DNA from: Escherichia phage vB_EcoM_LNA2
Sequence record: MZ311865.1
Reading direction: 5' to 3' (one strand)
DNA: 64,000 bases
Shown here: in pieces, positions 32,843-43,938 of the stretch
Layout of the letters: every line of letters begins with the position of its first letter
How positions within the stretch are numbered: position 1 is the first letter of the stretch
Position numbers and translations under genes: made by a program
The notes under the pieces: model-generated
Told to the model about the DNA's origin: nothing
The model's input: the letters and a program-made list of their open reading frames with translations, nothing else
The model's database searches: none

Positions 32843-33749
32843 TAATTACACTTGTTAATTTAGAAAGACCAGATTTTACAAAGTATGAATAAATCTTGCC
32901 TTTAGGTTGTGGTTTATATGAATTATAATACTCTATAATGGTTGAAGCAATATTATCAGGGATATAATCAAAATCAATGAGAACCAAATTTTCTTGGTAC
33001 CGTTTATATTCTTCTGCACTTAATAATACTTCAGCTTGAGAACGGTCATTGGCAATTGCTTCAATAATTGATGTTTTCATGCTTGGAGTTCGTTCACCAT
33101 CAACTCGAGTAAACCAGAAGTCGCCACGAACTCGAACAGATGCAACGCCATCTTTACGGTCACCTTTAAGAATTTTAGTCATGCAATCAATTTCAGCAGA
33201 ACCGTTCTTAATTTTAACCCATTTTTTCTGTGGTGGCGACCACTGTTTAACGTTAGGGTATTTGTGTAATTGTGTAAAGTCACCGTCTGATGCAACAATA
33301 CATACCTTATGACCGGCTAATGACAAATATTTAGTTAATACACCGATATGGTCATCCGCTTCATACTTATCAATATCCATTACAACGTATGGCATGTATT
33401 TCTTAATCTCATCAACAACTTGGCGGAGTGCAGTAAAATATCCTTCCCAATCCCACTTTGAAGCTTCACGATCGGTTTTACGATTTTTCTTGTAATAGTA
33501 AGCAAAATCACGACGCCAATAACCTGAAGTAGCATTATCCATACACAATACAAATTTTGTATAGCCTTGCTTACGGAACATCACTACGTTTTTACGAATT
33601 GAATTCAAGATTACATGGCGAACCATCGGAACAGTAATTTTATCACCATCTTCAAAGTTGTTTAATGCAGCTGCTAATGCAATGTTACTAAAGTCGGCAA
33701 GTGCAATACCTTCTTTGTAATCTTCATCCAACATCATTTCTAAATCCAT
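32832..33749 (-). CDS. rnh: RNase H (5'-3' exonuclease, FEN family)
   Basis: 305 aa, T4 RNase H length; synteny. Confidence 0.85.
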   Translation of the reverse strand: MDLEMMLDEDYKEGIALADFSNIALAAALNNFEDGDKITVPMVRHVILNSIRKNVVMFRKQGYTKFVLCMDNATSGYWRRDFAYYYKKNRKTDREASKWDWEGYFTALRQVVDEIKKYMPYVVMDIDKYEADDHIGVLTKYLSLAGHKVCIVASDGDFTQLHKYPNVKQWSPPQKKWVKIKNGSAEIDCMTKILKGDRKDGVASVRVRGDFWFTRVDGERTPSMKTSIIEAIANDRSQAEVLLSAEEYKRYQENLVLIDFDYIPDNIASTIIEYYNSYKPQPKGKIYSYFVKSGLSKLTSVINEF

Positions 33750-33814
33750 ATGAACCTCTTGTTCAGTTAGTCAACTTATCTATAGTAACATACTCATTTG
33801 AAAGCGTAAACTGG

Positions 33815-33822
33815 TATAAATA
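33815..33822 (+). promoter_or_regulatory. late promoter TATAAATA for gene 34
   Basis: Exact TATAAATA about 30 nt upstream of the gene 34 start. Confidence 0.65.
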
Positions 33823-33852
33823 AGTATTATTGAAACAATAAAGGAAAAACGA

Positions 33853-36800
33853 ATGGCCGACATCAAACGTAAGTTCAGAGCCGAAGACGGTCTGGACGCC
33901 GGTGGCGACAAGATTGTTAACGTAGCATTAGCCGACCGTACAGTAGGTACTGATGGCGTAAACGTTGACTTCCTGGTACAAGAAAACACCGTTCAAGTAT
34001 ATGATTCTACGCGTGGATATAACAAAGGATTTGTTGTTCTTTATGACAACCGTTTATATCAAGCAATAAATGATATCGTGTCTCCTTCCGGGGCATTTAA
34101 CCTTTTACAATGGCGTGCAGTTCGTACCGATGCACAATGGATAACTGTAGCTTCTGGGTCTTATCAACTTTCTTCAGGTGAATCGATTTCGGTTAACACT
34201 GGTGCCGGCAATGATATGGTTTTCACGTTGCCAAATGCGCCGGTTGATGGTGACACTATTGTTTTGGCTGATATTGGTGGAAGAACCGGGGCAGTTAAAG
34301 TACAGATTAACGCGTCTGTGCAGAGTATTTTAAACTTTAGAGGCGAACAAGTTCGTACAGTTTTAATGACGCGTCCGCGTTCACAACTAGTGTTTGTGTT
34401 TAGTAATCGTTTGTGGCAGATGTATATTACCGATTATGGTAAAGAATCAATCACTGTTACACCTGCTACACCATATCAAGCGCAAGCAAACGATTTTATT
34501 GTTCTTCGTTTTACTAGTGCAGCACCAATCAACATTACACTTCCACGTAATGCTAACAATGGTGATATAATCAGCCTAGTTGATTTAGATAAATTAAACC
34601 CACTGTATCATACGATTATTAAAACATTTGATGATACAACGTCTATTGGCGAAGTCGGGACTCATATCGTCGAAGGTAGAACTTCTTCTGACGCGTTTTT
34701 TGTTTTTGATGCTGCAAATAGTTTATGGCGTATATGGGAAGGCGACCAGAAATCACGTCTTCGTATTATCCGTACAGATTCAAATATTCGCCCAAATGAA
34801 GAAGTTCTTATTTTTGGTACAAATAACGCTACAGCAGAAACTATTAACCTTACGCTTCCTACAGGAATTTTGACCGGTGACACTGTTAAAATTTCAATGA
34901 ACTACATGCGTAAAGGCCAAACAGTAAAAATTAAAGCTGCCGAAGGTGATACAATTGCTTCTTCTGTTGCATTACTTCAGTTCCCTAAACGTTCTGAATA
35001 TCCACCTGATGCTCAATGGGTCTCTGTTACTGAACTAGAATTCAATGGCACTACTTCATATGTTCCTGTATTAGAATTAGCGTATATCGAAGACACCGAT
35101 TCTGACACTCATTATTGGGTTGTGCAACAGAATGTCCCTACGGTAGAACGTGTTGATGCTGGAACTGATGCTACACGAGCTCGTTTAGGTGTTATTGCTC
35201 TTGCTACTCAAGCGCAAGCAAATGTTGATTTAGAGAATACTCCAGCTAAAGAAGTGGCTATTACTCCTGAAACTTTGGCAAATCGTACAGCAACTGAAGC
35301 TCGACGTGGTATCGCTAAAATTGCTACAACAGCACAAGTTAACCAGAATTCCACAGCATCATTTGTGGACGATACTATTGTTACGCCTAAAAAACTAAAT
35401 GAGCGTACAGCAACTGAAACTCGTCGTGGTCTTGCTGAAATTGCTACTCAGGCTGAAACCGATGCTGGTCTTGATGACACAACGATTATTACACCTAAGA
35501 AATTGCAGGCACGTCAGGGCTCTGAAACACTATCTGGTATAGTTAAATATGTATCAACTACTTCTGCTACACCTGCCGCGACTCGTGGAGCTGCAGGCAC
35601 TAATGTTTATAATAAAGACACAACCACGTTAACTATTTCTCCTAAAGCCCTTGACCAATATAAAGCAACTTATGCTCAACAAGGTGCAGTAATTTTAGCT
35701 GTTGATAGTGAAGTAATTGCTGGTCAATCACAAGCAGGTTATTCTCACGCTGTAGTAACTCCTGAAACACTACATAAGAAAACTTCTACTGATGGACGTA
35801 TTGGTTTAATTGAAATTGCTACGCAAGCAGAAACTAATGCTGGGACTGATTATACACGTGCAGTAACGCCTAAGACGTTAAATGATAGGAAAGCTACGGA
35901 AGGATTATCCGGCATAGCCGAACTTGCTACGCAAGTTGAATTTGATACTGGAACTGATGATACTCGTATCTCGACTCCACTGAAAATTAAAACTCATTTT
36001 GATTCTTCTGACCGTACCAGTGTTAATTCTGATTCCGGACTTATTGAAGAAGGAACCTTGTGGAACCATTATACTCTTGATATTTCTAAAGCAAATGAAA
36101 CACAACGTGGTACACTTCGCGTAGCGACCCAGGCAGAATCTAATGCAGGAACTTTAGATGATGTTCTTATTACTCCTAAAAAGCTTTTAGGGACTAAGTC
36201 CACTGAAACGTCTGAAGGCGTAATTAAGGTTGCTACTCAGGCTGAAACTGTAACAGGAACTTCTGCTAATACTGCTGTATCTCCTAAGAATTTAAAATGG
36301 ATTGTCCAGTCTGAACCAACATGGGCTGCTACTACGGCGATTCGTGGATTCGTTAAAACTTCATCCGGTTCTATTACATTCGTTGGTAATGATACAGTTG
36401 GTTCAACACAACCTTTAGAATCATATGAAAAAAATAGCTATGCTATATCTCCATATGAATTAAACCGTGTACTTGCTAACTATTTGCCATTGAAAGCTAA
36501 AGCAGTAGATAGTAATTTATTAGATGGTCTAGATTCATCTCAGTTCATTCGTAGGGATATTGCACAGACGGTTAATGGTTCACTAACCTTAACCCAACAA
36601 ACGAATCTGAGTGCCCCTCTTGTATCATCTAGTACTGCTACGTTTGGTGGTTCAGTTTCGGCAAATAGTACATTGACTATTTCTAACACTGGAACGACTT
36701 CTTCTCGATTTACATTTGAGAAAGGTCCTGCTTCTGGTAGTAATGCTGATTCTGCATTGTATGTTCGTGTATGGGGTAATAAGTACAGCGGCGGTTCTGA

Positions 36801-37731
36801 TGTAACTCGTGCAACGATTATAGAATTCTCTGATGCTACCGGCTCTCATTTCTATTCTCAAAGAGATACGTCAAATAATGTGTTGTTCAACATTTCAGGT
36901 ACGATGCAATCAGTCAACGCTAGCGTTCGTGGTGTTCTGAACGTTACAGGTGTCTCAACGTTTAATAGTTCAGTTACAGCCAATGGTGAATTTATTGGTA
37001 AATCACCAAATGCTTTTAGAGCAATAAATGGAAATTACGGATTCTTTATTCGTAACGCTGGTAATGACACCTATTTTATGCTCACTGCAGCCGGCGACCA
37101 GACAGGTGGATTTAATGGATTACGCCCTTTAGCTATTAATAATCAATCCGGTCAGGTTACAATTGGTGAAAGTTTGATTATTGCTAAAGGTGCTACTATA
37201 AATTCAGGTGGTTTGACTGTTAACTCTAGAATTCGTTCTCAGGGTACTAAAGCATCTGATTTATATACCCGTGCGCCAACATCTGATACTGTAGGATTCT
37301 GGTCAATCGATATTAACGATTCAGCCACTTATAACCAGTTCCCAGGTTATTTTAAAATGGTTGAAAAAACTAATGAAGTGACTGGGCTTCCATACTTAGA
37401 ACGTGGCGAAGAAGTTAAATCTCCTGGTACATTGACTCAGTTTGGTAATACACTTGATTCACTTTACCAAGATTGGATTACTTATCCAACAACTCCGGAA
37501 GCACGTACCACTCGCTGGACACGTACATGGCAGAAAACTAAAAATTCTTGGTCAAGTTTTGTTCAAGTATTTGATGGGGGTAATCCTCCTCAACCTTCTG
37601 ATATCGGTGCTTTACCTTCTGATAATGCAACAATCGGAAACTTGACAATAAGGGATTTCTTAAGGATTGGTAATGTCCGCATTATTCCAGACCCTGTGAA
37701 TAAATCTGTTAAATTCGAGTGGATTGAATAA
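33853..37731 (+). CDS. 34: long tail fibre proximal subunit gp34
   Basis: 1292 aa (T4 gp34 1289 aa); internal repeated ..ATE.RRG.A.IATQAE.. motifs. Confidence 0.9.
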   Translation: MADIKRKFRAEDGLDAGGDKIVNVALADRTVGTDGVNVDFLVQENTVQVYDSTRGYNKGFVVLYDNRLYQAINDIVSPSGAFNLLQWRAVRTDAQWITVASGSYQLSSGESISVNTGAGNDMVFTLPNAPVDGDTIVLADIGGRTGAVKVQINASVQSILNFRGEQVRTVLMTRPRSQLVFVFSNRLWQMYITDYGKESITVTPATPYQAQANDFIVLRFTSAAPINITLPRNANNGDIISLVDLDKLNPLYHTIIKTFDDTTSIGEVGTHIVEGRTSSDAFFVFDAANSLWRIWEGDQKSRLRIIRTDSNIRPNEEVLIFGTNNATAETINLTLPTGILTGDTVKISMNYMRKGQTVKIKAAEGDTIASSVALLQFPKRSEYPPDAQWVSVTELEFNGTTSYVPVLELAYIEDTDSDTHYWVVQQNVPTVERVDAGTDATRARLGVIALATQAQANVDLENTPAKEVAITPETLANRTATEARRGIAKIATTAQVNQNSTASFVDDTIVTPKKLNERTATETRRGLAEIATQAETDAGLDDTTIITPKKLQARQGSETLSGIVKYVSTTSATPAATRGAAGTNVYNKDTTTLTISPKALDQYKATYAQQGAVILAVDSEVIAGQSQAGYSHAVVTPETLHKKTSTDGRIGLIEIATQAETNAGTDYTRAVTPKTLNDRKATEGLSGIAELATQVEFDTGTDDTRISTPLKIKTHFDSSDRTSVNSDSGLIEEGTLWNHYTLDISKANETQRGTLRVATQAESNAGTLDDVLITPKKLLGTKSTETSEGVIKVATQAETVTGTSANTAVSPKNLKWIVQSEPTWAATTAIRGFVKTSSGSITFVGNDTVGSTQPLESYEKNSYAISPYELNRVLANYLPLKAKAVDSNLLDGLDSSQFIRRDIAQTVNGSLTLTQQTNLSAPLVSSSTATFGGSVSANSTLTISNTGTTSSRFTFEKGPASGSNADSALYVRVWGNKYSGGSDVTRATIIEFSDATGSHFYSQRDTSNNVLFNISGTMQSVNASVRGVLNVTGVSTFNSSVTANGEFIGKSPNAFRAINGNYGFFIRNAGNDTYFMLTAAGDQTGGFNGLRPLAINNQSGQVTIGESLIIAKGATINSGGLTVNSRIRSQGTKASDLYTRAPTSDTVGFWSIDINDSATYNQFPGYFKMVEKTNEVTGLPYLERGEEVKSPGTLTQFGNTLDSLYQDWITYPTTPEARTTRWTRTWQKTKNSWSSFVQVFDGGNPPQPSDIGALPSDNATIGNLTIRDFLRIGNVRIIPDPVNKSVKFEWIE

Positions 37732-37739
37732 GAGGTATT

Positions 37740-38867
37740 ATGGAAAAATTTATGGCTAAGTTTGGACAAGGATACGTCCAAACGCCATTTTTATCGGAAA
37801 GCAATTCAGTACGATTTAAATTAAGCATAGCGGGCTCTTGCCCGCTATCAACATCTCCTGCTTATATTAAGTTCCAGGATAATCCACTTGGGTCCCAGGT
37901 TTTTTCCGTTGGATTAAACGTTCGTGTAATAAATCCTACAACAGGTGCAGTAGTTGAATCTAAGACATATAATTTCTCTACTGAAAACGACGCCACGTCA
38001 AGTGCATTTGTTACTTTCATGGACACATATGCTTCAAATTTTATATTTGCTCTTGTTACTAACGCTAAAACAAACTTTCCACCAGAAGTTCTTGCATGGC
38101 TTACTAAATCTGGGAGTTCTGCTATTCCATTAGCTCAACAAGTTTTAAATATAGTGGACATTTCTTATTCTGCATTTTATATTTCTGGTAAGAATGCTAT
38201 AGCACTAGAACATATTAAGTATAGTAATAAGAAAACTTCAACCGACTATAGTACACCACTTGATGTTGTGTACGACACGATCGATGATATTGGTGCTACC
38301 GGCTTCCCTAGTCGTACGTACGAATCGACAGACACATTTTTATCTGCTGTTGGAGGTACTAATAATGAAATTAAAAGGATGCCTACAACGTCCCTTATTA
38401 CACCTCTCGCTGGGTATAAATTGAAGCCTGGAGATTTCCTTTATATGAAATTCCAACTAATGGCCGATGCTGATTTGTTAGCACAAGGGACGACACGACT
38501 TTCTATTCGTTTCTTTAAATCTCCTTCTACTTCACCTATTTCATTTAATGATATAAACTTTGATGGGGCTGCAGGTGAATGGAAGATATATGAAGACTAC
38601 ATAGAAATTCCTGCTGGTGCTGACGGGTTCATGATTTATTGTTATCGTACAGCTCCAGTCGGGCAAGGTGGATTAAGAAACGTTATATTCACTGAAGTGT
38701 CATGTAATGGAAGCGTTTCAAAACCTGCTGAGTTTGGTATAAATGGTATTCGTGTAAATTATGTTTCAGAATCTTTAAGTGCTCCAGACATAATGACATT
38801 ACCTACTCAATCTTCAACTGATACTGGTAAGGTATTTGGACAAGAATTTAAAGAAGCATCAGAATAA
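37740..38867 (+). CDS. 35: long tail fibre hinge protein gp35
   Basis: 375 aa; synteny 34-35-36-37. Confidence 0.85.
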   Translation: MEKFMAKFGQGYVQTPFLSESNSVRFKLSIAGSCPLSTSPAYIKFQDNPLGSQVFSVGLNVRVINPTTGAVVESKTYNFSTENDATSSAFVTFMDTYASNFIFALVTNAKTNFPPEVLAWLTKSGSSAIPLAQQVLNIVDISYSAFYISGKNAIALEHIKYSNKKTSTDYSTPLDVVYDTIDDIGATGFPSRTYESTDTFLSAVGGTNNEIKRMPTTSLITPLAGYKLKPGDFLYMKFQLMADADLLAQGTTRLSIRFFKSPSTSPISFNDINFDGAAGEWKIYEDYIEIPAGADGFMIYCYRTAPVGQGGLRNVIFTEVSCNGSVSKPAEFGINGIRVNYVSESLSAPDIMTLPTQSSTDTGKVFGQEFKEASE

Positions 38868-38872
38868 ATTTA

Positions 38873-38890
38873 GGGAGACTTCGGTCTCCC
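38873..38890 (+). terminator. UUCG-tetraloop hairpin after gene 35
   Basis: GGGAGAC-ttcg-GTCTCCC followed by T-run. Confidence 0.6.
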
Positions 38891-38897
38891 ATTTTTG

Positions 38898-38905
38898 TAT
38901 AAATA
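38898..38905 (+). promoter_or_regulatory. late promoter TATAAATA for genes 36-37-38
   Basis: Exact TATAAATA about 25 nt upstream of the gene 36 start. Confidence 0.65.
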
Positions 38906-38929
38906 TGGTATACATATAAGGAGACAACT

Positions 38930-39595
38930 ATGGCCGATTTAAAAGCTGGTAGTACAACTGGCGGTGCCGTTATATGGCACCAAGGTAATTTCCCTTTAAT
39001 GCCAGCAGGTGATGACGTCCTGTATAAAACGTTTAAACTCTATTCAGAATACAATAAACCACAAGCGGCTGATAACGATTTTGTTTCTAAAGCTAATGGT
39101 GGTACTTTTGCGTCAAAGGTAACATTTAATGCTGGTGTTCAAGTACCATATGCTGTAAACAATACAAACCAAAGCGGTATTTATCCTGGCAATGGCGACG
39201 CAGCTACTTTTGCTACAGCAAATATTGATATTGTTTCATGGTATGGTATTGGTTTTAAATCATCACAGGGTTCAGCAGCCCGAACTGTGGTAATTAACAC
39301 ACGTAATGGTGATATTAGTACAAAAGGTGTTGTGTCGGCAGCTGGTCAAGTAAGAAGTGATGCGACTGCTCCTATAGCAGCGAATGACCTTACTAGAAAA
39401 GATTATGTTGATGGACGAATAAATATTATTACAGATAACGCAAATTCCCGTGTATTGCGTAAAGGCGATACCATGACTGGTACTTTAACAGCACCAAACT
39501 TTTTCTCACAGAATCCGGCGTCTGAGGCTAATCATGTTCCTCGTTTCGACCAGATTGTAATTAAAGATTCTGTTCAAGATTTCGGCTATTATTAA
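38930..39595 (+). CDS. 36: long tail fibre distal connector gp36
   Basis: 221 aa, T4 gp36 length. Confidence 0.85.
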   Translation: MADLKAGSTTGGAVIWHQGNFPLMPAGDDVLYKTFKLYSEYNKPQAADNDFVSKANGGTFASKVTFNAGVQVPYAVNNTNQSGIYPGNGDAATFATANIDIVSWYGIGFKSSQGSAARTVVINTRNGDISTKGVVSAAGQVRSDATAPIAANDLTRKDYVDGRINIITDNANSRVLRKGDTMTGTLTAPNFFSQNPASEANHVPRFDQIVIKDSVQDFGYY

Positions 39596-39603
39596 GAGGA
39601 CTT

Positions 39604-42600
39604 ATGGCTACATTAAAACAGATACAATTTAAAAGAAGCAAAGTAGCAGGAGTTAATCCTACTGCAGCACAATTAGCCGAAGGCGAATTAGCGATAAACT
39701 TAAAAGATCGAACTCTTTTTACTAAAGATGACCTCGGTAATATTATTAGCCTAGGCTTTGCTAAGGGCGGGGATATTAACGGTAATGTAACTCAAAATGG
39801 AGATTATTTACAGAACGGTACATATAATCTCAATGGAAACCAGTTTGTTTATGCAGGAAAATATATTGAATTTTTACCTAAAACTGCAGGCAATGGTGCT
39901 TGGGCTAACCAACATCTGAATAAAGCTCCTATCTTTACAGATTTGAGTTCAACTACTTCTGTTTCAGAATATCATCCGCTGATTAAACAACGCTATAAAG
40001 ATGGAACTTTTTCTGTTGGTACGTTAGTAAACGAAGGAAGTTTTAAAATTCATTTTATGAATGAATCTGGTGATTCGAAATATTGGACGTTTCGCCGTGA
40101 CGGTGGATTTACTGTTGATGGTGGAGGTTTAGCAGTATCAGGAGGTAGTATAACTACATCTGGAAATATTGCAGCTCTCGGAAATATTACTTCGCCTCAG
40201 ATTAATACTAAAAATATTATTTTAGACACAAAAGCATTTGGACAATACGATTCGCAATCATTAGTTCAATATGTTTATCCTGGAACAGGCGAAGAAAATG
40301 GTGTAAACTATCTTCGTAAAGTTCGCGCTAAATCAGGCGGAACTATTTACCACGAAATCGCTTCAGCTCAAACCGGTAAGAATGATGAAATTTCTTGGTG
40401 GACCGGAAATACACTTACTACTAAATTAATGGGCCTTCGTAATGATGGCGCAATGGTATTACGTCGTTCGCTTGCTATTGGCACAATTACCACTGACGAA
40501 AATACTAATAACTATGGCTCTCCTACTCCAATGGGAGAAAGATATATTGCTTTGGGCGATGCTGCCACTGGTTTAAAATACATTAAGCAGGGTGTTTATG
40601 ATTTAGTAGGTAATTGGAATTCTGTTGCTTCTATTACTCCAGATAGTTTCCGTAGTACTCGTAAAGGTATATTTGGCCGTTCCGAGGACCAAGGTGGAAC
40701 ATGGATAATGCCGGGAACCAATGCTGCTCTCTTGTCTGTTCAAACACAAGCTGATAATAACAATGCTGGAGACGGACAAACTCATATCGGGTACAACGCT
40801 GGCGGTAAAATGAACCACTATTTCCGCGGTACTGGTCAGATGAATATCAATACCCAACAAGGTATGAAAATTAACCCGGGTATTTTGAAACTGGTAACTG
40901 GCGGTGAAAGTATTAGCTTTAATGCCGCAACTGGAAGTATTAATTCTACATTAGCTTTTCGTCTTAATAAAGGCATAATTATTGATGGACCTGATAATCA
41001 GGGATTCCAGTTTAACGCCCCGACGGCTGCAGATGGTACTAGAAGTATATACTGGAACAGTGGTACTCGCGCAGGTCAAAACAAAATCCCTGTTACAGTT
41101 AAAGTGTGGGGTAATTCATTTAACGCATCTGGCGATCGTTCTCGTGAAACGGTTTTTGAAGTAGCTGATGGGCAAGGTTACCATTTTTATTCTCAACGCG
41201 TAGCTCCTGCTCCTGGTTCTACCGTCGGACCTATTCAATTTCGAGTTAATGGTGGTTTATTAACTTCAGGTAGTATTGTTACTTCTGGTTCTATTACAAC
41301 TGAATCTTCTTTAAGTGTTAATAATGGCATGTCAGTAAACGGACAAGCTAAATTCGGTGGAACAGCTGATGCATTAAGAATTTGGAATGCTGAATACGGC
41401 GCAATTTTCCGTCGTTCAGAAGCATCATTATATATTATCCCGACTCCTAAAGATGCTGGAGAATCAGGCGGTATAAGTAATCTTAGACCATTGATAATAG
41501 AACTGAACACTGGCACAGTTAAAATGTCGCATGATGTTCATTTAGGAGATTCTGGATCTGGTACAGGATTATTACAAGTAAGTAATAGTCTTAAAACTAT
41601 TAAAATGATATGTCCAGTAACTATTACTGAACGTAATGCAGCGCTTACTCTAGATTCTCCTTCATCTTCTTCTGCTAATTATTTACAGGGTTCTAAAGCT
41701 GGAACTAGAACGTGGTATGTTGGTCTTGGTGGCTCTGGAAATGATTTATCACTTTATAGTCAATCTTATGGACACGGTCTTGTTATAAGCGATAATTTCG
41801 TGGCAATCAGTAAACCTCTTAAAGTTGGAAATGCTCAATTCGGTACTGATGGTAACATTACTGGTGGTTCTGGTAATTTTGCTAACTTGAATACCACAAT
41901 AAATAACCTTAAGACGGATATTGTGTCGAGTTACCCAATTGGTGCTCCGATTCCTTGGCCTACTGATACACCTCCTGAAGGTTATGCCATAATGGAAGGT
42001 CAAACATTTGATGCTGGCTTGTATCCTAAGTTAGCTGCGGTGTATCCTTCCGGCACTCTGCCTGATATGCGTGGTCAAACTATCAAGGGTAAACCATCTG
42101 GGCGTGCTGTATTAAGTACAGAAGCGGACGGCGTTAAGTCACATAGCCATAGTGCAAGTGCATCAAGCACAGATTTGGGTACTAAAACTACGTCAAGCTT
42201 TGATTATGGTACTAAGACGACAAGTAGCTTCGACTATGGTACTAAGACCAGTAATACCACTGGTAACCATAACCATACCGTGAGTGGTAATACTGGTTCC
42301 GCTGGTGCGCACCAACACGCGCGTTCAGGTCCTCAGGTACAAGGCGGCATACCCACTAGCGTATTCTATGATGGATACAATAGTGCTGGTCCAAACGGCA
42401 ACGCTAAATTCACTGCAACCGTGAGCGGTGCTACTGCATCGTCGAATATGGCCAAAACTTCTTCAGACGGCGCCCACACCCATAGTTGGTCAGGAACTAC
42501 TAGCGCTACTGGTAACCATGCTCATACTGTGGGTATTGGTGCTCATACCCATTCGGTAGGTATTGGTGCCCACTCTCATTCGGTAGCGATTGGTTCTCAT

Positions 42601-42687
42601 GGCCATACTATCACTGTAAATAGTACAGGTAATACAGAAAACACGGTTAAAAACGTTGCTTTTAACTATATCGTTCGTTTAGCATAA
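39604..42687 (+). CDS. 37: long tail fibre distal subunit gp37 (receptor-binding)
   Basis: 1027 aa (T4 gp37 1026 aa); C-terminal His-box repeats (GNHNH, GAHTHS, GAHSHS, GSHGH) typical of the T4-type fibre tip. Confidence 0.9.
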   Translation: MATLKQIQFKRSKVAGVNPTAAQLAEGELAINLKDRTLFTKDDLGNIISLGFAKGGDINGNVTQNGDYLQNGTYNLNGNQFVYAGKYIEFLPKTAGNGAWANQHLNKAPIFTDLSSTTSVSEYHPLIKQRYKDGTFSVGTLVNEGSFKIHFMNESGDSKYWTFRRDGGFTVDGGGLAVSGGSITTSGNIAALGNITSPQINTKNIILDTKAFGQYDSQSLVQYVYPGTGEENGVNYLRKVRAKSGGTIYHEIASAQTGKNDEISWWTGNTLTTKLMGLRNDGAMVLRRSLAIGTITTDENTNNYGSPTPMGERYIALGDAATGLKYIKQGVYDLVGNWNSVASITPDSFRSTRKGIFGRSEDQGGTWIMPGTNAALLSVQTQADNNNAGDGQTHIGYNAGGKMNHYFRGTGQMNINTQQGMKINPGILKLVTGGESISFNAATGSINSTLAFRLNKGIIIDGPDNQGFQFNAPTAADGTRSIYWNSGTRAGQNKIPVTVKVWGNSFNASGDRSRETVFEVADGQGYHFYSQRVAPAPGSTVGPIQFRVNGGLLTSGSIVTSGSITTESSLSVNNGMSVNGQAKFGGTADALRIWNAEYGAIFRRSEASLYIIPTPKDAGESGGISNLRPLIIELNTGTVKMSHDVHLGDSGSGTGLLQVSNSLKTIKMICPVTITERNAALTLDSPSSSSANYLQGSKAGTRTWYVGLGGSGNDLSLYSQSYGHGLVISDNFVAISKPLKVGNAQFGTDGNITGGSGNFANLNTTINNLKTDIVSSYPIGAPIPWPTDTPPEGYAIMEGQTFDAGLYPKLAAVYPSGTLPDMRGQTIKGKPSGRAVLSTEADGVKSHSHSASASSTDLGTKTTSSFDYGTKTTSSFDYGTKTSNTTGNHNHTVSGNTGSAGAHQHARSGPQVQGGIPTSVFYDGYNSAGPNGNAKFTATVSGATASSNMAKTSSDGAHTHSWSGTTSATGNHAHTVGIGAHTHSVGIGAHSHSVAIGSHGHTITVNSTGNTENTVKNVAFNYIVRLA
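42171..42260 (+). repeat. 30-nt tandem repeat x3 inside gene 37 ([10 protein letters not shown] / [10 protein letters not shown] / [10 protein letters not shown])
   Basis: Three consecutive imperfect 30-nt units read directly in the sequence. Confidence 0.7.
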
Positions 42688-42717
42688 GGAGAAGGGACTT
42701 CGGTCCCTTTTTATAAC
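42686..42717 (+). promoter_or_regulatory. gene 38 split ribosome-binding site with intervening UUCG hairpin
   Basis: SD AAGGAG at 42686-42691, hairpin GGGAC-ttcg-GTCCC, then ATG at 42718; the stem-loop shortens the effective SD-AUG spacing. Confidence 0.6.
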
Positions 42718-43269
42718 ATGAAACTCTATCATTATTATTTTGACACTAAAGAATTTTACAAAGAAGAAAATTATAAACCATTAAAAGGCGTAGGATTTCC
42801 GGCTCATTCGACACCAAAAAAACCTTTAGACCCTAAAGAAGGCTATGCTGTTATATTTGATGAACGCGAACAAGAATGGGTATATGTTGAAGACCATCGC
42901 GGAAAAACAGTATGGACTTATGATAAGCAAAAAATTGTTATTGACACCCCAGGTGCTCTTCAAAATGTTACTACAGAAGAACCTGGTGAATTTGACATTT
43001 GGACCGGTGACGGGTGGAAGGAAGATGAAGCATATAAACGCGTAGTTCAACGTGATAAGAAAATTCATGAACTCTATAAATTATTCAGTGTTTTAAGTTC
43101 TCTTATTGACGCAGAGGTTGCTAATAGAGAAGAAAAACGAAAATTTAAAGAGCTCAAAAAATTCTTTGCTCTTTTAGAAAAACATGAACATCTTGGCGGC
43201 GAATTCCCTAAATTCCCTGACCTTGAAAACAAATCTATTATCAAAGCGATTATAAATATCTTTAAGTAA
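42718..43269 (+). CDS. 38: tail fibre assembly chaperone gp38 (T4 type)
   Basis: 183 aa, T4 gp38 length; N-terminus MKLYHYYFDTKEFYKEENYKP matches T4-type gp38 as I recall. Confidence 0.85.
   Translation: MKLYHYYFDTKEFYKEENYKPLKGVGFPAHSTPKKPLDPKEGYAVIFDEREQEWVYVEDHRGKTVWTYDKQKIVIDTPGALQNVTTEEPGEFDIWTGDGWKEDEAYKRVVQRDKKIHELYKLFSVLSSLIDAEVANREEKRKFKELKKFFALLEKHEHLGGEFPKFPDLENKSIIKAIINIFK
43251..43258 (+). promoter_or_regulatory. late promoter TATAAATA for holin t (inside 3' end of gene 38)
   Basis: Exact TATAAATA about 20 nt upstream of the t start. Confidence 0.55.
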
Positions 43270-43278
43270 GGAGGTATT

Positions 43279-43938
43279 ATGGCAACACCAAAAGTGTCAT
43301 TTTCGCCTAGTGATATTCTATTTGGGTTGCTAGATCGTATTTTCAAAGATAACGCTACTGGAAAGGTTTTAATGTCCCGAGTAGCGGTAATTATTCTTTT
43401 GTTCCTAATGGCACTAATATGGTACAAAGGAAGTATTTTGCTGGATTATTATGTAAGAGCTAAGTATGATACTTATACTGAAATAATCCAAAAAGAACGA
43501 GCTTTACGTTTTGAATCTGCGGCTCTAGAACAACTGCAAATAGTTCATATCTCATCTGGTGCAGATTTTAGTGCTGTGTATTCTTTCAGACCTAAAAACT
43601 TAAATTATTTTGTCGACCTTATAGCTTATGAAGGCAAACTACCTAGCACAATTTCTGAAAAGTCCCTTGGTGGATTCCCGGTGGATAAAACGGCCAATGA
43701 ATATATAATTCATTTAAGTGGCCGTCATTTCTCGTCTAAATCAGAATTTGCATTTTTGCCTACAAAATCTAAGACTGCCGAACTTTCTTATATGTATAGT
43801 TGTCCATACTTTAATTTGGATAACATCTATGCTGGAACTGTGACGATGTATTGGTATAAGGGGAATAATATACTTGAGGAAGATCGCTTAGCGGCTATAT
43901 GCAACCAAGCGGTCCGAATACTAGGAAGGGCTAAATAA
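43279..43938 (+). CDS. t: holin T
   Basis: 219 aa (T4 T 218 aa); single N-terminal TM segment; C-terminal conserved block ...SCPYFNLDNIYAGT.TMYWY... Confidence 0.9.
   Translation: MATPKVSFSPSDILFGLLDRIFKDNATGKVLMSRVAVIILLFLMALIWYKGSILLDYYVRAKYDTYTEIIQKERALRFESAALEQLQIVHISSGADFSAVYSFRPKNLNYFVDLIAYEGKLPSTISEKSLGGFPVDKTANEYIIHLSGRHFSSKSEFAFLPTKSKTAELSYMYSCPYFNLDNIYAGTVTMYWYKGNNILEEDRLAAICNQAVRILGRAK

Noticed and set aside
34628-37781. Multiple short ORFs on both strands inside genes 34-37 (e.g. 34628..34873, 35905..36105, 36652..36861, 40603..40860, 41235..41516)
   Set aside because: All lie within the long tail-fibre ORFs in alternative frames; no start signals; tail-fibre genes are unambiguous.
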